Positions 35,330-47,952 of a stretch of 64,000 bases of DNA are shown here, piece by piece. Numbering within the stretch: the first letter of the stretch is position 1; each line of letters opens with the position of its first letter. The translations under genes were made by a program, and so were the position numbers. The notes beneath the pieces are model-generated. The model ran no database searches. It saw nothing but the letters and a program-made list of their open reading frames with translations, and was not told the origin of the DNA. The DNA lies in assembly GCA_030704615.1 (NCBI GenBank), contig CM060733.1, forward strand, positions 1,178,001 through 1,242,000, given 5' to 3'. Source of the stretch: Takakia lepidozioides (taxonomy: Eukaryota > Plantae > Bryophyta).

Positions 35330-38300
35330 TGGGAATGCAAAGGGAGTATTTGACAATATGGCTGAATGAAATGTGGTGTCATGGAATGCGATGATCGCAG
35401 GATATGCCCAGCATGGTTGTCATACGGAGGTCCTGCAACTATTTGAAGGAATGGAAAAGAACGGCTTGAAGCTGGACAATATCACCTTTATATGTGTTCT
35501 TTCTGCATGCAGCCACAGTGGCCTACTCAATGAAGGAAGATGCTACTTCGATTCCCTGAATCAAAATCATGGTGTCACTCCGACAGTAAAGCACTTTGGC
35601 TACGGGTGGACCTTCTTGGACGTGCGGGACAACTGGATGAGGCAGTGGACCTGATTAATAAAATGCCAATCAATCCAGATGTTGTGGTGTGGAAGGCCTT
35701 GCTTGGTGCCTGCAGAATCCATGGCAATGTGGAGATGCTGAACGTGTGGCAACATCTATCCTCAAGTAGGATGAACAGGATGCCTTATGTGTTGCTATCA
35801 AACATCTATGCTGCAGCTGGCAAGTGGGATGATGCTGCAAAGGTGAGAAGAATGATGAAGGTCAGAGGGGTTATAAAGGAGCCAGGTCGCTGCTGCTTTG
35901 AGGTTGGCAACATGGTGCACACCTTTGTCGTAGATGACAAGTTGCATCCCAGAATTAAGGAAATCCATGTTGAGTTGAGAAGATTGTCTCGGCAGATGAA
36001 GGAGGCAGGGTATGTGCCTGACACGCGCTTTGTATTGCATGATGTGGGGGAGGAAGAAATGAATTTTCTCTTTGCCACCACAGTGAGAAACTGGCCATTG
36101 GTTTTGGGCTGATCAGCACAACCCCTAGGACACCTCTCTGTCTCATCAAGAATCGTCGAGTGTGTGGTGGCTTTGGAGACCTACGTTTCCCACAAGAGGT
36201 GTGGAGACCTACGTTTGTCTATGTCTTGCTTAAGTGCATCAAGATGAAAGGTCTGGAAGCTGGAAAATAGGTGCACACTCAGATTATCCAAAGTGGATTC
36301 ACGCCAAGTGTTTTTCTCCTCAACACCCTTGTTAACATGTATGTTAAGTGTGGGAGCATCATGGATGCTCACCAAGTGTTCAGCAGAATGCCTCGTCCAT
36401 CTTTGATCACGTGGAATATAATGTTGGCAGGATTTACCAAGCATGGGTGTGGTAGGAATGCTTTGGAGACCTTCAAATGTTGCACATCACGTTCGTTTGT
36501 GTTTGCAATTCGTGTGCAAGCCTAAGAGCCCTGGAAAAGGGAAAAGAGGTCCATGATGACATCGTGAAAGCTGGAATTGTACCAGATGTCATTCTGAACA
36601 CTGCCTTGGTCGACATGTATGCCAAATGTAAGTGCATTAAGGATGCAAAGGCAATTTTCAACAATATGGCTGAACGAGATGTGGTGTCGTGGAGCACAAT
36701 GATTACAAGGTTTGCACAGCAGGGACGTGGGGTGGAGGCTTTGGAGACCTATGAGCAAATGATGGGGGAAGGGGTGAAGCCCGATCACATCACGTTTGTG
36801 TGCGTTTGCAATGTGTGTGCAAGCCTGGCAGCTCTGGAAAAGGGGGAAGAGACCCATGGCGACATTGTCAGAGCTGGAATTGTACCCATTGTCATTCTGA
36901 ACACTGCCCTGGTGGACATGTATGCCAAATGTGGGAGCATTGAGGATGCGAAGGCAATTTTCAACGCTATGGCTGAACAAGATGGTGGTGTCATGGCACG
37001 TGAGGGGGGATTGTGGCTTTGGAAACCTATAATCAAATGATGTGGGAAGGGGTGAAGCCCAACCACATCACGTTTGTGTGCATTTGCAAAGAGGTGCATG
37101 GTTGCATCGCGAAAGCTAGAATTGTACCAGATGTCATTCTGAACAATACCCTCGTGGACATGTATGCCAATTGTGGGAGCATTGAGGATGCCGAGGGAGT
37201 GTTCAACAATATGGCTGAACAAGATGTGGTGTCATGGAACGCCATGCTTGCAGGATATGCACAGCAGGGGCGCGGGATGGAGGCTTGGGAGACCTACGAG
37301 CAAATGATGGAGGAAGGGGTGAAGCCCAACCACATTACGTTTGTGTGCGTGTGCAAGCCTGGCAGCCCTGGAAAAGGGCAAAGAGGTCCATGGTCGCATC
37401 GTCAAAGCTGAAAATGTACAAGATGTGATTTTGAACAATACCCTGTGGACATGTATGCCAAATGTGGAGGGAGTGTGCAACAATATGATTGAACGAGATT
37501 GGTGTCATGGAACGCCATGCTTGCAGGATATACACAGCGGGGCACAAGATGGAGGCCTTGGAGACCTATGAGCAAATGATGGGGGAAGGGGTGAAGCGCA
37601 ACAACATCATGTTTGTGTACGTTTGCAATGCTTGTGCAAGCCTGGCAGCCCTGGAAAAGGGCAAAGAGGTCCATGGTTGCATCATCAAAGCTGGAATTGT
37701 ACCAGATGTGATTCTGAACAACACCCTCGGGGACATATATGTCAAATGTGGGCATTGAGGATGTGGAGGGAGTGTTCAACAATATGGTTGAACGAGATTT
37801 GGTGTCATGGAACGCCATGCTTGCAGGGTATGCACTGCAGGGGGGCGGGATGGAGGCCTTGGAGACCTATGAGCAAATGATGGTGGAAGGGGTGAAGCGC
37901 AACCACATCACGTTTGTGTGCAACCTGGCAGCCCTGGAAAAGGGCAAAGAGGTGCATGGTTGCATCGCCAAAGCTAGAATTGGACCAGATGTATGCAAAG
38001 TGTGCCAGCCTAAAGGATGCGCGTCAAGTGTTTGACAATATGGCTCAACAAGATGCTGTCTCATGGAGTGCAATGTTAACAGGATATGCTCAGCATGGCC
38101 GGTATAATAAAGATGCTATAAACATCTATGATCAAATGATAAGGGAAGGTGTCAAACCCAACAAAGTTGTGTTCATTTGCATTCTCAATATGTGCGCCAG
38201 TCTTGCCACCCAGGGAAAAGGGCATAGAGATCCATGCTGCCATCATCAAAGTTGGGATATCGACATAGATATCTTTCTAGAGATTGCCCTTTGTGGTCAT

Positions 38301-39750
38301 GTATGCCAACTGTGGAAGCATGAAGGATGCATGTCAAATATTCTACAATATGGCTGTACGGGATGATCTTAGGATATGCCCAGGCCCTTTGGATCGACAG
38401 TTGGTCAAGCCCTCCTTGGGTGAAAGCAGAGCTGGCTGCCATCATCCAAGGGCAAGCACAACCTGATGGTGGGATCCAATGTCAATGTAAACCATGCTGT
38501 TCCGTGTCAACAAATGTGTATTGTTTTAAGACTTCTAACTCGTACGTTCTAGATGACTCTGGTGGTTTGATAGCACGAAGCCTGTTGTCATGGAGAGATT
38601 TCCTTGAAAATTTGTATGGGAAAGTTTGTAACTAAGAATTTAGAGTTATGTAGGATGGCAGGCCTGTGCAATAGGGGAACTGCCTCCACCATCAACACAC
38701 CACCAACCTCTTGTGTCAATTGTGGGGATGTGAGGACACTATGGAAAATAGGCAGACCACAAGGGGTGCTGCATATTTTAAATGAGCACGACATTTGGGC
38801 AGACTGCAGTACTTACGTGTGCTTGTTGCCAAATTGTGTCAAAATGAAAAGCCTAGCAGAGGGAAAGCAAGCGCATACCCGACATCACCCAAGCTAGGAT
38901 GGCCCCCTACTCTAGTTGACATGCATGCCAAATGTGGGAGTATGAAGGATGCATTCTCAGTATTTGACATAATGGCTAAGCGAGATGTGGTCTCCTCGAA
39001 TCCGATGATCACAGGATATATTCAACAGGAGGGTGTTAGGGAAGCTTTTGAAATGTATGAACATATGCAATGGGAGGGAGTGATGCCCAAGGTCATCATC
39101 CTTGGTGTTCTTAATGGGTTTGCAAGCCTACCTTTGAACAGATGCAGTGAGGAAAGAGGGATTGCAATTGCCCGTTGTGTGGGCAACCTGAAGACACAGG
39201 GACAGCAGGGACGTGGGGTGGAGGCTTTGGAGACCTATGAGCAAATGATGGGGGAAGGGGTGAAGCCCGACCACATCACGTTTGTGTGCGTTTGCAATGC
39301 GTGTGCAAGCCTGGCAGCTCTGGAAAAGGGCAAAGAGGCCCATGGCGGCATGGTCAGAGCTGGAATTGTACCCAATGTCATTCTAAGCAATGCGCTCGTG
39401 GACATGTATGCCAAATGTGGGAGTATCGAGGATGCGAAGGCAGTGTTCAACAATATGGCTGAATGAAATGTGGTGTCGTGGAACGCGATGCTTGCAAGGT
39501 ATGCACAGCAGGTCGACGTGGGGTGGAGGCTTTGGAGACCTATGAGCAAATGATGGGGGAAGGGGTGAAGCCCGACCACATCACGTTTTTGTGTGATTGC
39601 AATGCTTGTGCAAGCTTGACAGCCCTGGAAAAGGTCAAAGAGGTCTATGTTGACATTGTCAAAGCTGGAATTGTATCAGATGTCATTTTGAACGCTGCCC
39701 TGGTGGACATGTATGCCTAATGTGGGTGCATTGAGGATGCAAAGCAAGAA
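35330..39750 (+). pseudogene. Scrambled PLS-class PPR pseudogene array: E/partial DYW piece (35330-36170), tandem L-S-P triplets, second N-terminal piece (38590-39120), further triplets
   Basis: Repeated VDMYAKCG, DVVSWN and PDHITFVCVCNACASL; [13 protein letters not shown] and SEKLA remnants; many frameshifts and stops. Confidence 0.92.
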
Positions 39751-40764
39751 ACTTATGTGTACTCTGTTTATGTACTGGGTTGGCAGGGAGGCTTTGGAGA
39801 TTGTGAATGGGTGATAAGGTGAACCTCATGTGTATTTTGATGCCGGTGCCAATCTTTGAGCACTTAAAAAGTGGAGATGGATCTATATGTATCTGTAAGC
39901 CTATACGTTCTGATGTAAGGTTCTCTGCTTTTATGACACGAACAAAACAATTGTGAGGAGGAAGTGAAGGGCCATCTCCAATTTGACATTCCTCAATCAG
40001 CATAGTTGGGCCTGAATCAAACATCAATGGACTAGGCCTTTCGTCTTCACTGGGTGTTGCTGCTTAAAAAAAAAAAACCGATTGTGAGAGGGTCCCTAAT
40101 CGAATGATGCTTCCAGGTACATTTTGTATTATGCATTTACGGCAAGAGAAAATATCTTTGTTGTACAGTCAGATTTCATTGATTTTGGTCCCTTAGGTCA
40201 ACACCTGATCCTTGGATAGTAGGTCCCTAGATTACTGGCCAAGCAGTGGCAGTAAGTTTCTCTGTGCTAGGGACTAGTGAATTTAGATATGATCCAAGCC
40301 CAGAATTACCACCTGTGTTGACGTCTATCTCTTTCATTAATGGGCTATTCGGAAGCAGTAGCTGGGACTCAATAACATAGCATTTGCCTCCTACCATACC
40401 CATGGTTGTCCACTGCCTCTAAGCTCTTCTTGCATCGTGCTCTACTTCTACCGACATGTGCTAGATAGACGGTTGGACCACCAAAAGAAAGCTGGTCGGG
40501 AGAATACTCGTGGGTCCATAGCGAGCCCAAATTTCTGACAGTGCACCACACTCACATCTTCGTGTGAGAGGATCTCAAAACTATCCTGAAAGCTCATTCC
40601 TGAGCTCGCATAAATTTCTGGAAGCTTTTCAGACACATGGGCAGTGGTAGTAGTATACTTTTTAGAATTTTCTGATATTGATTGTCATTAGTGGAAACTT
40701 ATGGTTGTGGGGTGGGGTGATGGGTTCAGGCAGCAAGAACATGCCACTATGAAGGTGTCAAGAC

Positions 40765-40860
40765 TGATTATATCAACATCAATATCAATTTTATCAATAT
40801 CAATATCATCTCTATCAACATCATTATCAACATCATTATCAACATCGTTATCATTATCAT
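40765..40860. repeat. Degenerate (ATCAAT/ATCAAC/ATCATT)n microsatellite
   Basis: Hexamer periodicity is directly visible. Confidence 0.8.
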
Positions 40861-42445
40861 GATAAAGACAAATGATTTTTATCAAAAATATTTGTTTTTA
40901 TCAAGTCGAATGATTTTAATTGAAAACATTTGTTTTTATCAAGTCGAATGATTTTTAACAAAGACAATTGTTTTTTTTTAAAATCACAAATGAGCTTTAG
41001 CAAAGATAATTATTTTTATTAAAATTTCATATAGACCGATACAGTCATTATTTATTTTATCAAATAAATATGAAAAAACAAGATGCTAAAGAGAGAAGAC
41101 GGATAAATTATGTATTAAATAAAGACAAAATAAATGCTGGAAGGCGAAACAAATATGCATTAAATAAAAAACAATAGCCGACACAATAGACACTGTAACG
41201 GACCAAGAAATAACCCACCAAGACATGACAAACGTGATATACGACAGTTTCACGTCCAATGACCACCATGCCCTAAAGGTGGGGGAACACATGGAAACGC
41301 CTGCCCTACAGTACAAACTTCCACAGCGCCTTGTGGAACGTCCCTTCGGACCGTGAAGAAATAGCAATCTTCGTAGGTATTGCAAAATTCCCCTACCTTG
41401 GCAAAACCGAGAATTGCAGATTCGTGACTTCCGCCGAAGAACTAAAAGACGCAAAATTCACAATATTGATGAAAATGGCCAAAAAATGGATGGAGAATCC
41501 GTACATTCAGGGGATCTCGTTGCAATCAAGAGTAACACCTGATATTGGATGAATTTTTGTCACAAGAAACACGGGCTTTCATTCCAATTAAAAGGGGTCA
41601 AACTGTTGGCCAAAGCACTAGAGGAGACAGAGTCGAACGACACGACAACTGGAGCAAAAGCATAGCTTGGTAGAGCTTAAATTAGACACAGCTAAACGTT
41701 CTATGTAAGGGCCACCATATTTTATAAAGACCGTCCTCCTTCTCCTCTTCAAAAGGTCTACATTTTGTCCCAATGCATGCTCACAATGAATAATAATAAT
41801 AAAAATACTGATTTATCATAGTCCAAATGTACTTGTTGTACCAAAACGGCCCATGGAAAACCCCTCCAACTCCCCCCCCCACCACCAATCGGATCCGTAC
41901 TCTCTCTCATGATCTTGGAGTATGGCCCATCCGTCCGGCCGTCCATCTCGGAAGTCTTCGCTAGTAGTGCGGAGCAACGCGAAGCCCTAGTAAAGCATTA
42001 GTTATTACAAGAATTAGTTGAAAGTGATGGGTAAGTGTGGTGGTTAAGAGGTATGAATTATAAACATGAGGTTTGGTGTTCAAATCTTGTCTAGTTGTAC
42101 TCCGGTAGTAATGTGTGTTATTAGATATATATCGACCTAAGGGTCTGCCTGTCTGCTGGAGGCTCCAAGCCCTGGAAGGGGGTTTGCCAGAGGGGGGCTC
42201 GAGAGTCTCCTGTCCGCAAGAAGGTCCGCCAAGGTAGATGAACAAGGACTTAGAATTTTTTTTCAAAATCTCGCGCCGACCTGTAAATGGGCGGTGGGCT
42301 TATGAGCTCACCCCCAAGGGCCTGGCGGGGCCGCCCGTGCATTCACGACCTTATTATTAAAAAATGAGAGGCTGCAAATACTCAAATGAACAAGCAGTTT
42401 CTTGCTCGTCAAGAACAGGAATGGGTGTGAAATATAAGAGGGGAA

Positions 42446-45400
42446 TCAGTTCTCCTCACACATGATCTCTGGAAATATTTTACAGGGCTTCACGATGGCT
42501 TGAAGGAGATTGAGACCAAGCTGCCATTTACAACAATCTCCGAAGCCCAAGAGAGCTCCTTTGTCATTGAGAACCACAGTATGGTGGAGCCCCGTGCTCA
42601 CGCGCACCACCTTCTGACCTCCCAGAGCTTCCTCAAGGGATTGTGGGTGAGTCACTTTGTCCGACCTTTCTCGATCCAGAACCCCAAGGCTTTCAATGCC
42701 CATCCCACCGAAGGCAAACAGTGTACCACTGTCAACCAGCACAAATGTTTTCCGCCGTCTGGCTGAGACCTGGGCAGTGCACATATCCAACAATGGTCAG
42801 CCGCTCGTTTTGATCCTACGCACAATCCTCCTACAGTGCTATGACATATTCATTTCACTCAATGACTGTGCGGTAAGAGCGTATATATATATTTTTTATT
42901 GTCCTGAACTCACTACACGTTTTGCGGCTTCAGTTATCTGCCTTCATGGCAAGATGTTTTTCTCTGATCTTCCTGAAGTGCAAAAGATGTCAAATAAAAC
43001 GCCTCCTCGATCTTAAGTTGATCATGTAAAACAGTGAGAGGGTTACGAAAGTTTCGCCGACCTGTACAGCACGCAAGCTTTTCAAACTGTTTACGAGTTC
43101 CGGAAAGCATTTGTCACTCTCATCTCCATGACCCAATGCCCCGCAAGAGCCCTTGCCCCATGTGTACACCTGTCGAGAATGATCCCACTTGGTTATGGTT
43201 CACTTTTCATTGCAGATGTCTAATACTCTAGAGCTCTAGATCACTATTGTGGTGGATGGAACTAATTTTGATCCCAACGTCGTACACGAAAAGAAGTTCT
43301 CGCTTTCAGTCTCGCTTGAATCCCCTCTCTCACAGAAAATTGACTTATGATGTGTGTGTTTACGGGTACGCTCTGTAAATCGCCGGATGGACCTTCCTTC
43401 TTTCTTTCCCTTGAAGAGTTTCCCCAAGTTACCTCCGTGCAGAATTCCATGTCAGACGCCAAATGAGTCAAACAAGGCAGGGAGTGTGATGATGGAAAAG
43501 CAAACTGTCCCTGTTGTGTAAATGATGGTGGCCTTTAAGGGTGAACATCCGGTTGGTGGGTGGGGGTGGGGAGAACCTACTTGTCCTAGGGAGTCGATTG
43601 CCACGGAGTGTTCATCCCCGGCCACAACGGAAGCCACGAACACGTCTTGCTGGTGCAAACGGTGAACTAAACAGGGCCGCAATTCACTAACGAAATCACC
43701 GTGCCCCAGGCAGTAGTTGGCACCGTAGCCAAATGAGTAGAGGGCTCCCCCCCTCGTCACGGCAAGAGTGTGGCTCATTCCTGCAGAGATTTGGGCTACT
43801 GGGCCCACTCGGCCAAAACTGTCCACTCTGCGGGGTCTAAATTGCTCTTGGGTGTTGCCATGTCCTAATTGCCCATGCGAGGCATTTCCCCATGAGTACA
43901 CCTCGCCTTCCCTTGTTGCCACAACCGTGTAATTTAAGCCTGTTGCAACCTGAAGACAGTACCCTCCTCATTAGTTGCTTCTTCTCGCGCGATGATATTC
44001 AACATGTCGGCAACAGATCTATGAAGGAATAAGAAATTCAAGGTAAAGGTGCTACTACATCAAATTCACCAATTTGTACTGTTGGTCGGAGCCAGTGACC
44101 TGTAGTCGATGCTATTAACAAGTACTGTAAGAAGAAACAGGATTCCAATTTGCTCAAATTGAGAGAACAAGGAATTTCACCGAGGGTCGGGCGCAAAGAG
44201 ACGGAAAGTCTTAGATGACATGTTATGTACATACTCGAGAGACAACTCATAAATGATCTCAAATACAATATACAAGTAGCTAATGTTCCCGGGATGTGAG
44301 ATTCAGAGATATATGTACCTGTTGACAGGGAATTCCCTTGAGGGTGTCCACACGAGTAGGATAAAAAATCATGGTCCCAACATCTCCAACCCCACAGCAG
44401 CATGACGAATTATCCCCACACGTATACACCTGAGCATCAGACAAGTTTCATCAAACGTCAGCCTTGGATCTTCCTGCCAGTCCTGAAGCAACAGTAACTC
44501 ATATATGGTGTCTGTTTAAGTATCTATGAGAGATCAACCTAGTCTGTTGGAAAGTTCTATCAAGACATGTACAACATATCCATTTGAAATCCTCTCCCTA
44601 TCAACGCCATGGTGATCCAGCCCCCTCGAAATTTTGCAATAAGCGATGTCACAGCCGATGAGTTCTCCTCCATTGGAAGCAGGCACACTGCTTCACAAGA
44701 TCGTGCGGACTTCAACGAGGCAGTGATCTTATATTCAGATATTCAGTGAGACGCATATTCCTAGACTTTTTATGAGTCTTCTAGATACGTATTTAAACGT
44801 GCAATGAATTCATTTGAACATTGAATTTAATTAGAAGCTAGCTCCAGTACCTCTCCTGCCTCGGTGAGAAATGCAGCATGAGTATGACCACCAGAGACTT
44901 GTGTAATCCGCACACTGGTAGGGAACAGAATTGGTGTAGGAGTTTGGCACTGCAGAATGTTCGGCCCTTGACCCAGAAGTCCAAATTCACTAAAACCGCA
45001 GACAAATGGATTCCCTTTCCGGTCCAGTAGTAGAGTGTGGTACTTTCCAGCCACCATTTGTAACTGCACACAAGAAGTCCCAACCTCGTCAAATTTGGAC
45101 CAACTTGAGAGAAACGCAGCTCCATAGGTTCAAGGAGTCCTGATCCATCAAGAGAAGCAGCTCGAGCAGTAAAATTTGCTCAAATTATTCACCCATACTT
45201 TCTAGCCTCGATCGTAGCCTGTGATACAATCCTATTTAAACGCCTAGAATGATGGTGGAACACTACTGTCAGGCATGAGAAATTTGAAGACGTACGTCAT
45301 TCCGAAAAATACTAGAAGCTCCATCGGATGCCTGATGTTGAGCTTGCAAGAACCGCAGCACAAGTTTCCAATTCCCCTTACACCTGCACAGGAGCTGTGA

Positions 45401-45631
45401 TCGAAGACGGGGAGGCATGTGCAGAAAGAGAGAATGATAGTGGCATGAACAGTAGGCCCCCCGCTCGGCCATGGAAATGGATGGATACGGGGGAATCCCA
45501 CTGGCAGACCTGAATACGGAACATGTTGCCTCTAGACTTGCAAAATCAGTGGCGCTCAAGTTCCCCTTCCTGAGTATGTCTTGTACAAGATGTGGAGGAA
45601 ATTGATCCAGCCCAACTCCTCCCTCAGCCAT
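42446..45631 (-). CDS. RCC1-repeat protein with F-box-like N-terminus (At3g15430 type), 486 aa; exons 45631-45296, 45063-44851, 44429-44319, 43949-43581, 43169-43062, 42769-42446
   Basis: All introns GT-AG and phase 0; 1461-nt open frame; RC.GNWKLVLRFLQ, AGKYHTL, VYSWG..HGQLGHG, VAGDEHS, VYTWGKG.CGALGHG. Confidence 0.93.
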
Positions 45632-47016
45632 ATAGAGGCTTATTGTCTATATCTACATGAATGGTCCCTGGACCTTGAGTTGTGAGACTGTCCAACTAGG
45701 CAATCCTCCGGACGCATGTGTCTCCTACCGTCTGAACACCTCTGACGTAAAGCTTTCAGCTTGTTCCCGCGTAACGAAAAGTTCCAGCACATCACCCACC
45801 GCTGTGATCGAAGCCCAGGGTATCAGCGCTCCGCGAGATTCTGAGGTTCCAGTGAGTGAGGTTCCCCGACACCAATCGACAATCGGAACAGCAAACTGTG
45901 CAGAAGCTCCTGGATCATGTCATGTGCCCCATTGGTTCAAGGGAATACCTTTTCAGAAAATGGATTTGCACTGTGCAGGCCCTCGAAGTTTGAGAAGTGA
46001 TCAAATTTGTGCGTGCAATGCGTCATGATTAATGTGTCTGGATAGCCTCCAGTTGACCTCCTAGGTCAATGTATATTTATATTCGAATGTACAGGCTGTG
46101 CACTTCTCGAAATAGTATGGAAGGTACTTACGAGAGATTTATATGTACTCGTGATGTCTTTCTACCATGATCGGGATTCGGGTCTGCTCCACCCTCAGTT
46201 CTAACTTCTTACACGCAAGGCAAGCACATAACAAACGAACCGTCCCCATCTCCCTCACCCTTCGCATCATAACTTAGCTTCACCCACTGCACACGTGAAA
46301 CTTCTCTAACTCAAGTGCTGTTGAAGTAGTCAAAGCCAGGCCTAACCTACCGGTCTCCCTGGAACCTCTTTCTTACCCTTATGTGGGTAAAGCAATTCAT
46401 TGATCCATCTCTCTCAACATGGAATCTTCCTGTATCTCTGACCTCAACTAGCCTCTAACTCCTTATGGACCATATACATATATAGAAAGAGAGAGAGAGC
46501 CCAATGTTAATGTAAATAAGAGCCTCCTCCCCTTGCCTCTGCTGTCTATTTCATGGGTTGGTGCCTAAGGCTTATGTGAAAGCCTTTCAATGAACTTTGT
46601 GAAAAGCGGGTGATAGATCAGTTGCACCATATCTTTTCTGGGGATAAAGTGTGGTCGGAGGTGACTCACAACAAAAAAATGCAAAAGGCCGCAATGCTAG
46701 AAAGGGATAATTTTGGAACATGACACTCAAAACCAGCATAAATAAGAGCCACTCCCCCACATCAGATCCAATATTCTCCAAGGATTTGAGGACCCCACTA
46801 CCAAAACATGAGATGCCCAATCGATTCATTAGTGTATAATAGATATATTATTACTGATAACCGTAAGAAAATCAAATATTATTATTTTAATTGAAGGGGG
46901 TTTTTATATTTTATTTTTATATTTTTGTTTTAGAGAAAGGGGACAGAAGGGGGTTATTTTCTTCTCTCCTCTATCCGACTGTGCAGGTTTCCCTTTTTTC
47001 TAAATAAAATAAAAGG

Positions 47017-47270
47017 ACCTGCGGCTGATAGCTCGGTTGGACAATGCGCTCTGTGTCACCCTGTTGATGTGGGGTTCCAAATCCTGCTACCTAACTCTGT
47101 CCCATGGGTTTGGTGTGACTGATCGGTCTAGGGTTGACGTTTCCCTCTTGTGTGCCCAATGGCTTGTATGAGAGGGGATTAAATTTTCCCCCTTCCTGTG
47201 AGCACTGTTGCTCCTGGGTTTGTACGTTTGTACAAAATAAATAAATAAAATGAAAAATGAAAAATGAAAT
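47017..47270 (+). mobile_element. tRNA-derived SINE, copy 1
   Basis: A box TAGCTCGGTTGG, B-box-like GGTTCCAAATCC, body homologous to copy 2, A-rich tail. Confidence 0.7.
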
Positions 47271-47696
47271 GGAACAAAATGAAAATTCTTATCGTTGATT
47301 TATACAGCTTGATGATACTTTTCCAACTTTCAATCGAGGCTTAAATGAAGTCATCAGGGCCTCTGTCCCCAGTTGGAAAAAAAAAACAAAAAAAAAAAAA
47401 CGTTTGGCCCAAACATGCTTGTCTAAGTGGGGTCAAATATCAATGATATTTAAGATTGTTATTAGTATTTTAAAGAAATGGGAGGATGCCCTTTTTGGGA
47501 ATAATACACAGCAATTTTGACCATCTCACATTGAACATGACATGATCATCAAGTCAACTCGTCACGACATCCATATGACCAATACGGTGACCACGATGCT
47601 AACCGAAAAAAAAACAAAAGAACAAGAAAAAACAAAGAAAACTCTCATATATTGTAATCGTCTTTTTTATTTCCCTGGCTAATAAAAAACCCGAGC

Positions 47697-47952
47697 ACCT
47701 GCTGCTGGTGGCTCAGTTGGATAGTGCACCCCAGTGTCACCCTGGTGGTGTGAGGTTCAAATCCTGCTACTCTGTCCTGTGGGTATGAGTTGTTTTGTGA
47801 CCGGTTGGTCTGGGGGTGACGTTTCGACGTTTCCCTCTTATGTCCCCAATTGTTTATATGAAAGGGGGTCAAATTTTCCCCCTATTCAAGGACCTGGATT
47901 GTGCCAAAGCAGTCGCTCCCGAGTCCCTATAAAAGAAAGAAAAAAAAAAAAA
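47697..47952 (+). mobile_element. tRNA-derived SINE, copy 2
   Basis: A box TGGCTCAGTTGG, TGTCAC loop, B box GGTTCAAATCC, poly(A) tail. Confidence 0.78.

Noticed and set aside
42446-45631. UVR8 photoreceptor
   Set aside because: It lacks the GWRHT tryptophan motifs and has an F-box-like N-terminus.
47697-47775. Functional tRNA-Asp gene
   Set aside because: Acceptor and anticodon stems do not pair, and it continues into a SINE body and poly(A).
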